64,000 nucleotides of DNA from Octopus vulgaris (lineage: Eukaryota), in assembly GCA_951406725.2 (NCBI GenBank), contig OX597828.1, positions 59,706,001 through 59,770,000 of the forward strand, given 5' to 3'. The notes beneath the pieces were generated by a model. The model searched no databases. It was given only the letters and a program-made list of their open reading frames with translations, and was not told where the DNA came from. How positions within the stretch are numbered: position 1 is the first letter of the stretch; each line of letters begins with the position of its first letter. The position numbers and the translations under genes were made by a program. Positions 26,121 through 39,770 of this stretch are shown here, in pieces.

Positions 26121-27162
26121 AGTGAGTGTGTGTGTTTGCGCGCGCATATGTGTGTGTATATCTCACCTTCCCTCTCACTATATTATACTATATTATATTA
26201 TATTGTAATGTATTATATTCTCATATTCTATTTATGCTATATTTTAAAATTTCTTCCATCGTTTATTTTGTTTCAGACATACGGAGAGATGGGAGACATA
26301 GACAAGACAAAGGGTTGAGAAGGAGTGTACAGAAAATAATGAATATCGGAATAAGTCACGGTGTAGTTATATAATAGTTACTTCTCGCTTACAGAAGCGA
26401 GAAATGTTTATAATTATTCACGACAATAAACGATATTCTCATACTTTTGAGATGGGAGTGTTTGAATTTTTAAAATCTTTATCGAAACTTTTCCTCCCAT
26501 ATTTAAACTGCGGTAAGTTTTATATAATTCTTTCATTATGTACTTACATCATATATATCGATTAATATTTTCTATAAATCACTTCCAAATTCTATAAACG
26601 AAATAGCTGTTAATGAATCTAAATAGCCTTTATTATAATGGTCGTAGACTGCATACATATTGCTGAAAATATAGTGTTAACCATAAAAATTACCAGCAAC
26701 ATTGTTAACATCACTTTGCTTATTTCGAGGTGAAATATATAAAATTGAAGAGGTTTTTGCATCCATTGAAGCAGTCAGCAAAGATAGCGTAATAATAGCG
26801 TAATAATATTTCAGCAAACTTCGGAAAGTATAGAAAGGTTTGATCTGTCTGCATAGAAATACAACAAAATCCATAATGCTTTCTCTCTTAAAATACTAGG
26901 ACTAACATCTCGATAGGCAAAGAGCTCCGAAACTTGAACATTACGAAATGTACTCGCCTTCATTAGCAACATTCCAAATCGGGAGTGACTCTGATAAGAT
27001 CTGTCTTAAATGAAAGCATGGGGATAGATACATAAGTTCCGTCCATGCAGGCGTTGAGTAGCGCATCATGAACAGCAAAGGGAAGTAGGTAGCAAGTACA
27101 TGTTATCTATACACAACAGCAAAAATAACATCATGAGATTGGGTGATCTACCATTGAATACG

Positions 27163-27472
27163 TGGAGGCGCAGTGGCCCAGTGGTTAGAGCAGCGGACTC
27201 GCGGTCGTAGGATCGCGATTTCGATTCCGAGACCGGACGTTGTGAGTGTTTATTGAGCGAAAACACCTAAAGCTCCACGAGGCTCCGGTAGGGAGTGGTG
27301 GCGATACCTGCTGTACTCTTTCGCCGAAACTTTCTCTCACTCTTTCTTCTGTTGGCCTGCTCGCTTAGCCAGCGGGGTGGCGTCATTTGAAGGCTAAAAA
27401 CAATGCGAAGCGCATTGGGACCAGCGATGTGTAGCAACATCTGATAGCCTGGTCGGTCACGATTACGGTGAC
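27163..27472 (+). mobile_element. tRNA-derived SINE family D
   Basis: ggaggcgcagtggcccagtggttagagc (A box)..gatttcgattcc (B box-like), GC-rich body, tail cacgattacggtga. Confidence 0.85.
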
Positions 27473-27594
27473 TATTGAATACATACTTCGGTTGTGCAAC
27501 ATTTGCATGTGGATTAGGGGAGGCTGGATTACTTCACTTGAACAGGAACTTGGAGAAAAGGCACCCATCATATATCAGAAAAAATCTATGCAGA

Positions 27595-28250
27595 GCACAT
27601 ATTAAACAAACTCAAGAATAACAAAAACACTAACAGAAATTGTAGTATATTTTGGAGTTGCGGTTGGTGCTTCACATCTAACCTAGAAGTTATCACTTTA
27701 CTTTTCAGAAGCAGGATATAGCTAACAGGTACTTGATCTCATAGAGGAATAAAAGTGCTTCTGAGCCTCCTTTATGTGATAGAAAAGGGAAATTGTGCCA
27801 CATCAGTGTAAAGTAAACCACCCATATCCTCACTAACTGTTCAAAATGTTCAGAAAGAACTACCTTCTCATGCGACACAATATTGTAGCAAATAAATTTA
27901 TTTACAATATTATTTACAAGACATGTTCCGATGATTATACCCAAAGCACTCCAAGACCAGAATGCTTCCAGTCCTTTAAATCCCAGAATGTTTCCAGTCC
28001 TTTATATTTCAATAAAAGCAGCAATCTAGTGCAAACGCAATTGGCTTGAAATTGTTCTAAGAGAGATAGTATGAATGTCTAAAATTAGGGAAAAGGCAAT
28101 AATCTATGGTAAACTACTAAGGAAGTTACAGCTCATACGAAGATTATAGATTTTTACTTGAACTACAAATTTGCATGAACGGCTATGCAACCTGAAGGCA
28201 CTTCAAAAAACAAATAAAGCCAACTGATTACAATCTTCGTATCATAATGA
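27595..28250 (+). mobile_element. R4/Dong-clade LINE C-terminal (CCHC plus restriction-like endonuclease) relic
   Basis: Frameshifted LCHISVK*TTHILTNCSK..NYLLMRHNIVANKFIY..SKIREKAIIYGKLLRKLQL fits the CxxC..HxxxxC..RH(N/D) pattern. Confidence 0.75.
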
Positions 28251-28759
28251 ATTAGATGTAGGATAAAAATTGGTATTATCTACTTCTTCTTCTTAAAATG
28301 AATATATGCACGCAGTCCCTAGCGCGTGGGACACACGAACACACACGCACACACGCATCTATTACATAAATTCAAATTTATCCACAGATGCTCCAAGTAA
28401 TATGCACACACGAGCTCATTTCGATATTCACAAATCCCAGAAACTCGAAAATAAAAGCATAGTGACATTATAAGTAAGCTGAATACTACGAAAACTAAAT
28501 CTAAAGGGAAATACTTCAAACATACGTACAAAGAAAATCATCTCCGATTATATGTAAAAGCAAATTCTCCGACTGACTAACGAAGATTCATGAATACGCT
28601 ACAGTGAATAAATTATGTCTCTACTATTATTAGGAAAACTGGAGAGACCTACTTGCATATGAAATACTTTTTGACTGCTAGTTTGATAAATTACTTTTAC
28701 GCTACTGTTATTTTGTGTCAATATTATAATATACTAGATAATATATCTAGATTATTAAC

Positions 28760-28930
28760 GGCGCAGGAGTGTCTGTCTGGTAAGTAACTTGCTTACCAAC
28801 CACATGGTTCCGGGTTCAGTCCCACTGTGTGGTACCTTGGGCAAGTATCTTCTACTACAGCCTCGGGCAGACCAAAGCCTTGTGAGTGGATGGATCTGGT
28901 AGATGGAAACTGAAAGAAGCCTGTCGTGTA
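28760..28930 (+). mobile_element. SINE family A, 5' half
   Basis: Head and core up to the internal microsatellite. Confidence 0.9.
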
Positions 28931-29192
28931 TATATATATATATATATATAAGGAAATGAAGAAAATGCTGACAAAATAATTTAAGTAAGTGAATGATTTC
29001 AGTGTATACACTGAAATCATTCACAAAAAATGAACATTGTATTCTAACCCAATTTTTCTCTTTTTTTGTTTAAAAAAAGAACTTTCACCTAATTAAATAC
29101 ACTCTCCCTTACTTAAATTATTTTGTCAGCATTTTCTTCATTTCCTTTTTTTATATATCACAACTCATGCTCCACATCTCCTTTTTTAAATA

Positions 29193-29244
<52 letters not shown>

Positions 29245-29454
29245 TATGTGTGTGTATGTGTGTGTGTGTGTGTGTGTGTGTATGTTTGTGTCATTGTCTG
29301 TCATATGGTTTACTGAAATACTATGGCTAATGAACAATTACACTTAATGCTCTGTATTAAGATCTACATTGTGTGACTAAACCTCTAATAACGACAATAA
29401 TAAGGCTTTCTTTCCATTGGACAAGGCTGTATTCATCACTGGAATAAGTCTGCG

Positions 29455-29650
29455 AACTAACGGAATCGTTAGTACGTAGGGCAAATTGTTAGCGACATCT
29501 CGTCCATCTTTACGTTCAGATTTCAAATTTCGATGCGGTTTTCTTTGCTTATCATACTTGGGGTTGATAAATTAAGTACCAGTTGAAGACAGGGATTAAT
29601 GTAACCGACTTACCCTCACATACGAAATTGCTAGCCTTGTGCCGAAATTT
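29455..29650 (+). mobile_element. SINE family B-related, diverged
   Basis: gaatcgttagtacg..tacgttcagatttcaaattt..gataaattaagtaccagtt. Confidence 0.7.
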
Positions 29651-30435
29651 GCAACTAATAATTGTTAATGGAATAACTGCATTTCACAAAAACGTTAGTA
29701 ACCTATATAAAATATATCGGCACGATATCAACAAAACTATATGTACTTTTAGTTTAAATGTGTAATTTATCTTTCGTAGATAAACATACTTATGCATGCG
29801 TGTATATGTAGTTTGTTGCTTAGCATTTAGTCAAACGTGTTTGCGGTTTTATTATTTTATCATAGATTTGTCACATCAAAAGCAAACTTTTGGGAAATAA
29901 AGTTTCCTTTCGTTCTTTCGAATCAAGAAAAAATATTTCTATTTTGCTTAATATGTTTTAGTTTCTTTTTGAGAAGACAGGATACTGTAGAAATATCAAC
30001 AAACCATTTACATCAAGCGAATGCTTTATTTATTGTCTTGTGTTTGTGTTAATCAAATGCTGCTGTAAGCAATTATTCTTTTTGGTTTTGTCTTTATTTT
30101 TCTTAGAACCTAACACATTGACTGTATGGTGTGAGTATATTTCGCATGAATATAACGAATTATATCTATACATAGTTTATCAGTATTTGGTGCATATCTA
30201 TAGTTCTGCATTTGATTAAACGGACAAAAAGAGATAATAGCTTATATTTAAATTTGTAAATATCAATTAATATAATATGTTATAACAATATTTTCCTTAG
30301 GTCATATGTAAGAGTTTATATTTACAAACACACATACACACACGCACAAACTCGCACACACATACATACAGAGATGCACACATAAGCGCACGCACACTCA
30401 CACACAGATAGAAAGACACACACACACAGACACAG

Positions 30436-30471
<36 letters not shown>

Positions 30472-30760
30472 GTGTGTATATACAGTGGCTTAGGCATAGA
30501 GATATTGGTAACGTGTTATTAGATTTCAATACACATATGCTTCAGAATAAAGCATTAGGCACGTACAGAGTATGATATGAATTATCTGAATAACTAGGAA
30601 ATAGGAATTGCATAATTTATTTCGTTAATTTCATTAGTTTATTGTTTTTTCTTCTATAAGAAGCAATACACTCTAAGTTGTATGTGTGTGCATCTTCTGA
30701 TAGCTTCTTCAGAGCCTTTAAAACGAAGTTCATGTTCATTTCGAACACTTCATTTCAAAA

Positions 30761-30832
30761 GCTCTGACGAAGCTATAATATAATGCACAAGCACTCAACT
30801 CTGAGAGCACAGCTTCTAGCGGAAACATCTAT
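30761..30832 (+). ncRNA. Degenerate hammerhead-like motif
   Basis: CTGACGA-a-gcta..tagc-g-GAAAC; stems I and III are not recoverable. Confidence 0.35.
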
Positions 30833-31071
30833 AATCTAACGAAGTAATGAAGTTGATTCCATATTACTGTTTTCTTGTCATTCAATTAATTCGCACTAAC
30901 AGATATATGCATATATATATGCTAGTATATACGCAGTGAAGCGATACAATAGCGTCGTATTTATATCGATTGCTATTTTCTAGTAAATATTGGTGCCTTG
31001 TTGAACCGTTTACCTACTTTTATATATGTGTGTGTGTGTGTGTGTGCGCGCGCACGTGTGTGCGTGCGTGC

Positions 31072-31154
<83 letters not shown>

Positions 31155-31546
31155 GAAAGAAGGAGAAACATTTGTAAATAAGTTTAACCGAAACATATTG
31201 AAGAAAGGAGTTAGCAATTTGCATTTATTGCCAAGTTTTACAACACTTTCGTCGATTTCCATCATAACTAATCTACCACCATGTCGTTACCATGACAACG
31301 ATGACCGAATTATTAACATATTGCTTATTGTTCTTTTTGTGACGTTCGAGTGGTTAAATGTGCAGGGTGCTGTGAACGAAAAATTGCACAGTTCACGGAA
31401 ATAATTTGATAATTGTTGACATGGGATGACTTGACGCAAAATTCCTTATAAAGGGAACCGGCGAAACAATTGTAAACAATACATTTAACCAAATTGGTAA
31501 CACCGCATTCTTCGATATATTTATGATATATATATATATATGTATA

Positions 31547-31646
<100 letters not shown>

Positions 31647-31693
31647 GAGAGAGAGTATATTTATCAAAATAAAAACATGATTCAAAGGATTTA

Positions 31694-31780
31694 GCGGTAC
31701 ATATGTTTCGGGCCTTTATTAGACGGTTTATAACAATGCATAATTGATGTAAATGTGTGTCTATAGCCTTCTTCAGCCGC
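31694..31780 (-). ncRNA. Hammerhead ribozyme, left arm, intact core
   Basis: Mirror copy of 31921-32007. Confidence 0.85.
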
Positions 31781-31920
31781 GTACAATTACTACTTCAAGG
31801 ACATGTATTACATTATAAGTTTTACGTTGGGAATGCAAATCCTCATAGTTGCGTACGAGGATTTGCATCCCCAACGTAAAACTTATAATGTAATACATGT
31901 CCTTGAAGTAGTAATTGTAC

Positions 31921-32007
31921 GCGGCTGAAGAAGGCTATAGACACACATTTACATCAATTATGCATTGTTATAAACCGTCTAATAAAGGCCCGAAACATAT
32001 GTACCGC
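31921..32007 (+). ncRNA. Hammerhead ribozyme, right arm, intact core, long stem II
   Basis: gcgg-CTGAAGA-a-ggctatagac..gtctaataaaggcc-c-GAAA-catatg-TA-ccgc: stem I gcgg/ccgc, stem III ACATATGT, GUA triplet. Confidence 0.87.
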
Positions 32008-32904
32008 TAAATCCTTTGCATCATGTTTATATTTTGATAAATATACTCTATCACCTACACCACTAAATGTCATATACAGGTGCTTACAATTATCAAGTAT
32101 TCACCCTGAATTTTTTGTACCCAACTCACCTACGTTGTCACCTTGATTGGATCCTATATAACCGCGACAGCCTTTAGTACTTGATAAACCCAAAAATGAC
32201 GATACTATATATATATATATATATATATCTTAACATAAACAAAAAATGTATTAATCACTTGCAAATGATAAGCATAAAAATATGCATGTAATATTAGTAT
32301 AATTTTTTGTAGATAAAATTAAAAATATCATAAGACTTAATGACAGACATGATCTCACAATTTTATCCTGCCCTTTCAGTATTGACCCGTTTCCCAAATA
32401 TTATTTATTACACATTTTCCATCTATTTCGAGCTCATTACATTATATCATCATAAACAACAAATCTAAATGTCCGCGACTGGCCACAAATTAAAGCTGAT
32501 AGTTGCGGCAAAGTAAATTTGCAGATACTATCACATCTATTAATTACTAGTCATCATTTCTCCTCGTGATTTTACAAGTGTATCAAGAATTTCTGTGCCT
32601 GAGATAACCAGCAATATCGAAGAGAGTGCAGACAGATACATCCACACACTTAAAGACAATAACATTAAATTTCGTGGCAAGACTATAATGGTTTTATCTC
32701 TCTAATTATACGTGAAATGGAATAGAAAATATTTAGAACTCTGGAAACAAGGTATTCTGAGATATTATTCCTTTAATGTTTGTCAATTAAATTTATTAAT
32801 CCAGCACTTTGACGAAGTAAACCGTATTAGTTTTATTACCAAAATAAAATAAAACTGCGCGTTTGTATCTCTGTTTGTGGACATGCCAGAGTTTTATTTT
32901 CTGT

Positions 32905-33181
32905 TATACTCTTTTACTCACTTTTTACTCTTTTACTCACTTTTTACTCTTTTACTCACTTTTTACTCTTTTACTTGTTTCAGTCATTTGACTGTGACCG
33001 TGCTGGAGCACCACCTTTAGTCGAGCAAATCGACTCCAGGACTTATACTTTGTAAACCTAGTACTTATTCTATCGGTCTCTTTTGCCGAACCACTAAATT
33101 ACGGGGACGTAAACACACCAGCATCGGTTGTCAAGCGATGTTGGTGGGGACAAACACAGACACACAAACTTATACACACAC

Positions 33182-33233
<52 letters not shown>

Positions 33234-33382
33234 GGGTTTCTTTCACCAAATTCACTCACAAGGCTTTGGTCGGCCCGAGGCTATAGTAGAAGACACCTGC
33301 CTAAGGTGCCACACAGTGGTACTGAACCCAGAACCATGTGGTTGGTAATCAAGCTACTTACCATACAGCCACTCCTACGCCT
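32905..33382 (-). mobile_element. SINE family A with a tandemly expanded tail
   Basis: SINE A body; 19-bp unit tactcttttactcactttt repeated about 3 times at 32907-32975. Confidence 0.92.
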
Positions 33383-34191
33383 ATATATATATTTCCATTG
33401 AATTACAAATTTTACGTTTCCTTTCTAATACTATTTGAAAACTGTTTCGAATCTAAACATCTGTAAGGGAAAAAATTGAACGAAAGGGTGACATTTAACA
33501 TTTTGCTTTTTCAACTCAACGCAAAAAAAAAAAAAAAAAAAAAAAAAGATAGAGAGAGAGAAAACTTCCCAAATGCCAGACTCCATTCACAACCGTAGTA
33601 ATTTGGCTAGAATCAACTGCAGATATTACATTAATCGAAAGTAGTGATTTTTTTTAATGCTTATTTATACAGTGAATGGACTTGCATCAATGCTGGCCAA
33701 TCAAACGAGAACAGTAGGGGATAGCATATTTTTCAATATAATGTCTTGCAAACCGAATTCAAATAAAATGCAAAGAAAAGATTCTGATGTAATCGATATC
33801 GCTCTTGGAGTGTAGTGATATTTTAGCATTGTAATATTCATTTAGTTTTGTTTCGCTTTATATTTATTTGTTTTCGTTATGCATATTAATATCTATAGAT
33901 ATCTGATACTTACAGAATTTTAGATTCATATGTTAGCGTGATATTTATAGAATTGTTTAATGGAATTTTTATTTGTTTATACAGTCATGCTCTCCCTCTC
34001 TCTTGACATCTTTGGAGAGATGCATATATCCGTGTATGTATGTATATATGCATGTATGTATGTATGTATGTATGTATGTATGTATGTATGTATGTATGTA
34101 TGTATGTTTGGGGAAGATACAAAGCTCTTTGCAACTTACATTGAAAACTCGAAGTTATGCCTTTGTAACGGAAATATGTACACACACACGA

Positions 34192-34233
<42 letters not shown>

Positions 34234-34316
34234 TTATAATACATATAAGTACGCAAAAATTTATTTTTAAATGGGTATACACATATACATTTTTGTTTAC
34301 ATATAGTCTTTTATGC

Positions 34317-35305
34317 AAGCGTGGCCGTGTGGTAAGAAGCTTGCTGTGTGGTAAGAAGGCCGCGAGCTGGCAGAATCGTTAGCACGCTGGATAAAATGCT
34401 TAGCGTTCTGAGTTCAAATTCCGCCGAGGTCGAGTTTGCTTTTCATCTTTTCGGGGTCGATTAAATAAGTACCAGTTACGCACTGGGGTCGATATAATCG
34501 ACTTTATCCGTTTGTCTGTCCTTGTTTGTCCTCTCTGTGTTTAGCCCCTTCTGGGTAGTAAAGAAATACGTATTTCGTCTGTATTTACGTTCTGAGTTCG
34601 AATTCCGCCGAAGTCGACTTTGCCAGTCATCTTTTCGGGGTCAATAAATTAAGTACCATTATTCAATGGGGTCAATGTAATCGACTTAATCCCTTTGTCT
34701 GTCATTGTTTGTTCCCTCTATGTTTAACCCCTTGTGGGCAATAAAGAAATAAGTTTGTTTCCAAACCACATGGTTCCGAGTTCACCTTGGACAAATGTAT
34801 TCTACCATAGCCTCGGGCCGACCAAAGCCTTGTGAGTGGATGTGGTAGATAAAAACTGAAAGAAGTCTGACCTCGTGTGTACCGTTGGCGATTTTTTTCC
34901 TCTGTCTTCCCTTCTCTGGATCTTTCCTTCTCCTATGTTTCCGACGAAGAGCTCCGCTCGAAACGTTAAACCCTCCTTCTTTCCTGAGCGTCCAATAATA
35001 CTATATTTGTTCCACGTCCTCGCGTTGTGTTTTTTTGTGCTTTCTTGTTTGGATTAACTTTATATATATATACATATATATTCGTGTCTCTGTATGTGAT
35101 TGTTTTTCCCACCCCACCCATCACTTATCAACCACCGATGCTGAAAAGTTTATGTCCAGGTAACTTAGTGGTTCATCAAAAAGAGTCCGATATAATAAAT
35201 ACTAAACTTACAGTCCTGGGATCGATTTGTCCGACTAAAGGCGGTGCTCCAGCACGGTCGCAGTCAAATGACTGAAACAAGTAATAGAATAAAAGAATAA
35301 AAGAA
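34317..35305 (+). mobile_element. SINE A containing two tandem SINE B copies (34358-34751) and a PLE/HHR tail (34875-35062)
   Basis: SINE A head interrupted after gtggtaagaag and resuming at gtttgtttccaaaccacatgg; HHR 34937-34971 has a U4>C core change (cCgacga); SINE A 3' half at about 35080-35305. Confidence 0.85.
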
Positions 35306-35337
35306 TATATAATATATGAATATGTCTGTTACACATT

Positions 35338-35380
<43 letters not shown>

Positions 35381-35426
35381 GTGTATGTATATATGCCCAG
35401 ATTCCCACAGTTATGATATATGTATA

Positions 35427-35491
<65 letters not shown>

Positions 35492-35558
35492 CCCTATATA
35501 TAGATAGGTAGATAGACAGATACATACACAGATGCATACATAGATGCATACATATACT

Positions 35559-35597
<39 letters not shown>

Positions 35598-35959
35598 TAG
35601 TGTTCAGCAGGTAATCACTGACATTTTCTTTTTTACATTCAAGGAGTTTTCTAATTCAATATATTATACGCTTTATTTATGATTTTATCCCTTTTGGGAA
35701 GCTCCGATAAATTATTTATTTCACTTTTCCAATCTTCTTCATAATGTAAATGGATTTTGTTGCTTGTAAGAATGACACTTCTAGTCGGAAGTAAGATACA
35801 TCGAAAGTTATTCTGGTTTAATAGTTTTCACGTCTGTGATTGTCACAGAAGGCATCAGTTCAATTCTTGCTTTTAGATTTCAAACTTACTTTGGATTTGA
35901 AGTAGGAATTTCTTTTAACACAACATATTTACATGCAATGATTTATAACTATATCTACT

Positions 35960-36258
35960 TAGACAGTTGAGGTTGTTAGATTTTTACACTTAAAAATTTC
36001 TGGCCATTTAGAGAAAATGTCAACAACCACTAAGCAGTATGACCCATTTAAGGGACCAGCGAAATCACTGTGTAATTTCGACCGGGAACATCTACTTTTG
36101 ACCAAGTTTCACTTTTGATCTTCGATAACTGTGCCGCTAGAGCACATCCTCTACAGCCTTTCATTAAATTTTCGATTTCTTTGTCCATTTTTGTCCAGTA
36201 CTTGGAGCTACGCCCTAAAGCTTTCGTCATCGAAATACCAGGATGTCCAACAGGAAAT
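35960..36258 (-). mobile_element. Gypsy integrase fragment (zinc-binding domain plus start of catalytic core)
   Basis: GHPGIS..YWTKMDKEIENLMKGCRGC, then frameshifted LHSDFAGPLNGSYCLVVVDIFSKWPEIFKC. Confidence 0.9.
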
Positions 36259-36890
36259 GTAATGGTGTCGACCATACTTTCAATCTCTACCTCTGCAGAT
36301 TGTGCCACCATATCGAGACTTTGTCCTTGCCAGTTCCTGTGGGGTGTCCTGGTGGCCTGTAGGACCACCACCTTCTCCTCCATGCCTAACAGTATGGCAG
36401 CCACCAGCCAGGTTACATCCACTTCTGGGGTTATTTCCTCTAACCTAACCTTGGAAGCACTCCTCCCAATGTATACGGGTAGAAGCACCACTTCGTCCGT
36501 TTTCAATGATGTTGCCGAGTGCAGACTGGCGTTAGCTACCTCTCGGAACTGCACCTCCACTGTTCCAAACTTTTTTCCTCTGGCAAGGCAGGACATTACT
36601 TGCCAGACTGGCCTCAACGCCTTTTCAGCTTGTGCCTCCGACACCACTACTATTTTCCTTGTTGCCACCGCGTATGTTCTCTAAATAAACGATCTTTCTT
36701 CCTTAACCTTTAACACTTCTTTCGGGTGGGGAACACTTTCACGTCGTTCCCCTCCCTTTTAAGTATTTCTTTAAACTTGCTCAGCTTTTCCAGACTTATG
36801 TCCTCAACTTTTCCTTTACCGCTGCAGCATAATCCCTCATTTCCACCATTGCGTCAATCTTCTTTAAACATTTCACCAATTCTTCATCAG
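36259..36890 (-). mobile_element. LINE (L1/Tx1-like) ORF1 fragment
   Basis: RGKKFGTVEVQF..LLPVYIGRSASKVRLEEITPEVDVTWLVAAILL..NWQGQSL; paralogous to 11225-11920. Confidence 0.6.
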
Positions 36891-37885
36891 ACGATATAAA
36901 GTCTGAAGAAGAACTCAAATTTCCGTAATTCATTATTCAACACCCCTCCATTAAACAAGAGGGAAAACCTCACACCGCCAAGACAACCAAAATAACGTGT
37001 ATTACATTCAAAATCCACAATCCAACTAACAAACGCTATACCGGAAGCAAGCATCTTACCACACGGCCGCAGCGGCTGACTTCTTTTTCCTACCATTTTT
37101 AAAATGTCGACAATAAGAAATAGGTCTAATAAAATGGTATATTCAACGGTTTGCAATGGACTAAAATTTATAAGATTCTCATGTCGATAATTTTTATGGG
37201 AAAAGACATAATTCAGTATGTAATCTGGTTTCGATTCCGTGCTCATATGGCACTTTATAACATTCATATCACTGTGAAAGAAATGAGTGTTTCAACATTA
37301 CTTAAGTTTGAGATTTCAAACTATATTAAGAATTTTTTTAAGAGTACCCTCGACAACAATTTAATACAACCATCAAATAAAACATTATAATCCGAGAAAA
37401 TATTTTTTGCGACATATCTACTTAAAACTAACGTTGGCGTCCACTTGCACATATTTCTGGACGTCCAGTGTTTTACGATAAGTTGACGACCAACTGGAAA
37501 AGGCTTTACTTTAGCTTAAGTCCCCAATTTCATGGTCCGCTGATTAATACATTAGCCACACTGATTTTCTTATCTCATCCAATCCATATGAATTACCAAA
37601 GAGGTTTCGAAGGAATGTGTGTATGTGTGAGTGTACGTGCGTGCGTGTGCATGTATGTGTGTGTTCGTATACATACATGCATACAAAAATGTCTATACAT
37701 ACATTCATATATATATATGTATATATATGTGTGTGTGTATATATCTATTGATCTATCTTTCTGTCTACCTGAATATATACACACTGACATACATGTGTGC
37801 GTGCGTGTGTGTATATACATGTTCGTGTATGTTCATGTATGTGTGTCTGTCAATAAGTATGTATGTATGTATGTATGTATGTATG

Positions 37886-37916
<31 letters not shown>

Positions 37917-38346
37917 GTATATACGTACATATAGCTGACAGATAAGATCAATCACAAATGCTTCAAAACATACCGTTAATGTTGAAGTATGTTTTGTTTC
38001 ATCTCGTTGTATTGCATTACTAAATCCTCTCCCTCTCCCTCTTTCTTTCAAGCGTTGCTATCATGAAACCAACAATTTTAAGTTTATAAACAGCGGTAGA
38101 TAAGGGACTCTAAGTTATAATGCACCGATTACTAATTATTCCGGACTTCCATTCATATCGGAATTAATTCGTTGAAAGTACTTTAGATAATAAAAGTCAG
38201 TGTGGGCAAAAGGAGTGGGGGAAGAAGAGAAGTGAATGGATCTCCGTTGGTCTAAACGATGACTTTTCAGTTGTTGATCAACTCGATTTTCTGTTCATTG
38301 AAAATAACATGTAATGAGTCTACATTCGTTGTAACCATATATATAT

Positions 38347-38409
<63 letters not shown>

Positions 38410-39479
38410 AATAAATATGCACATGCATTTCGGTTTTGATGACAATTGTTTGCAACTGGTACCCACGGCATTCAATGCAGCTGAGATTTAGCGTCTCGCT
38501 TCAGGGAAAGTTGAAAGGTTGCCTGTAATTTGGGTCTCAGCTATAAACCAGCATGTCTTGGAATATTTACACTTACATTCTCGAAAGGAATTTTCAGAAT
38601 TTACCATATAAAAATGACATTTGAAAACATCGCGTTTCTTTTGCGGTTCAGTATAGATACTGTGGTTTTAAAATCATGTAGTTGGTTAGACTCAAGTTAG
38701 ACTCAATTGAACAAATCATTGATCAAAGATATAAATCATTGATCGTAAGATGCATTACGATTTAAAATACATAAAACTTTTAAATCTACAAAAAATAAAA
38801 AAACTATAACACGTACGAAATTTATGTATTACGTAAATAATGCGATAAAACATTGTAATAATGCACATATTATGTGGAGAATACCAATTACATAAGCTCA
38901 AAATTTAAATCTAAAAGGGAACCCCTTTATAATAGAGAAATATGTATATACATGAGTGTGCACGTGTGTGCGTAGGTGGCGTGTATATGTGTGCGTGTTT
39001 GTGTATGTGTCTGTGTATCTGTGTGCGTGCGTGTCTATCTGTGTACGTGTGTCTGTGTGCCTGCGTATGTCCGTGAGCATATGTCTGTATTTGTGTATGT
39101 GTGTGACGCGAGGATGTTATTGAAGTGAGATTTAATTGTTTGATATAGCACCTTTGAGCGAACACCCTCGCTGACTAATATCTTTACAGAACACAACTCA
39201 CAACGTCCGGTTGTTGTCCACTCCAAATACTGTCTGGTCAAGCAAACAATACGTTTGTCTCTTTTTACTTTCTATTGGAACACTAAAGTTTGCTCTTCAT
39301 AATAAATTCCTTCGATATTTCACTAACTCGTCTTTTTGATTTATAGTTTCCGTAACATACACTTATTAGTTTTATTCGTTTACTGGTTTCACTCATTGAA
39401 ATTCAGCCTTGTTGGGGATATTCCATTCGTATATTTTATCTCATGTATTTATTTTATCTCCATTTGTCAAAACTGACGA

Positions 39480-39770
39480 TTACTCGAAAGCCTTCATGTG
39501 CAAACTAGAAATTTGAAACAAAAAAGTCAATATTAAAAATTTTGCAATATTTGAGAAACTGTCATCAATTATCGCTGCTGGTAATGAAGACCAAATGTTA
39601 CTGCAATTTGCTGGAATTATGCAGCATTTGAGAGCATTGAAGAATGAATTAAGCCTATATTTTCCAGAAGTCTCTTGTGAGTAGTTGGATATAGTGCAAA
39701 ATCCATTCATATTGTCAGTTGCAACAGCTCCTGGTGATTGCCAAGATGAATTCTGGAGTTACAATCTGAT
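39480..39770 (+). mobile_element. hAT (Charlie/Buster-like) transposase C-terminal relic
   Basis: AFMCKLEI*NKKV..NFAIFEKL..IMQHLRALKNELSLYFPE..DIVQNPF. Confidence 0.75.

Larger units (their letters stand above)
31652..32049. repeat. ~400-bp palindrome (193-bp arms, 12-bp spacer), probably an inverted Penelope pseudo-LTR pair
   Basis: 31652-31844 is the reverse complement of 31857-32049 with only a few mismatches; spacer atagttgcgtac; PLE-like sequence continues to about 32205. Confidence 0.95.

Noticed and set aside
27163-27240. tRNA gene candidates (also 44012-44085 and the SINE A heads)
   Set aside because: A and B boxes are present but there is no complete cloverleaf or acceptor stem, and each continues into a SINE body
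36115-36684. 189-aa plus-strand ORF
   Set aside because: It is the antisense shadow of the minus-strand TE ORF
36862-36895. ctgatga..gaaa on the minus strand, and ctgatgaaac at 20106
   Set aside because: No stem II or stem I; the first is ORF1 coding sequence (SDEELVKC) and the second is Helitron 5' sequence
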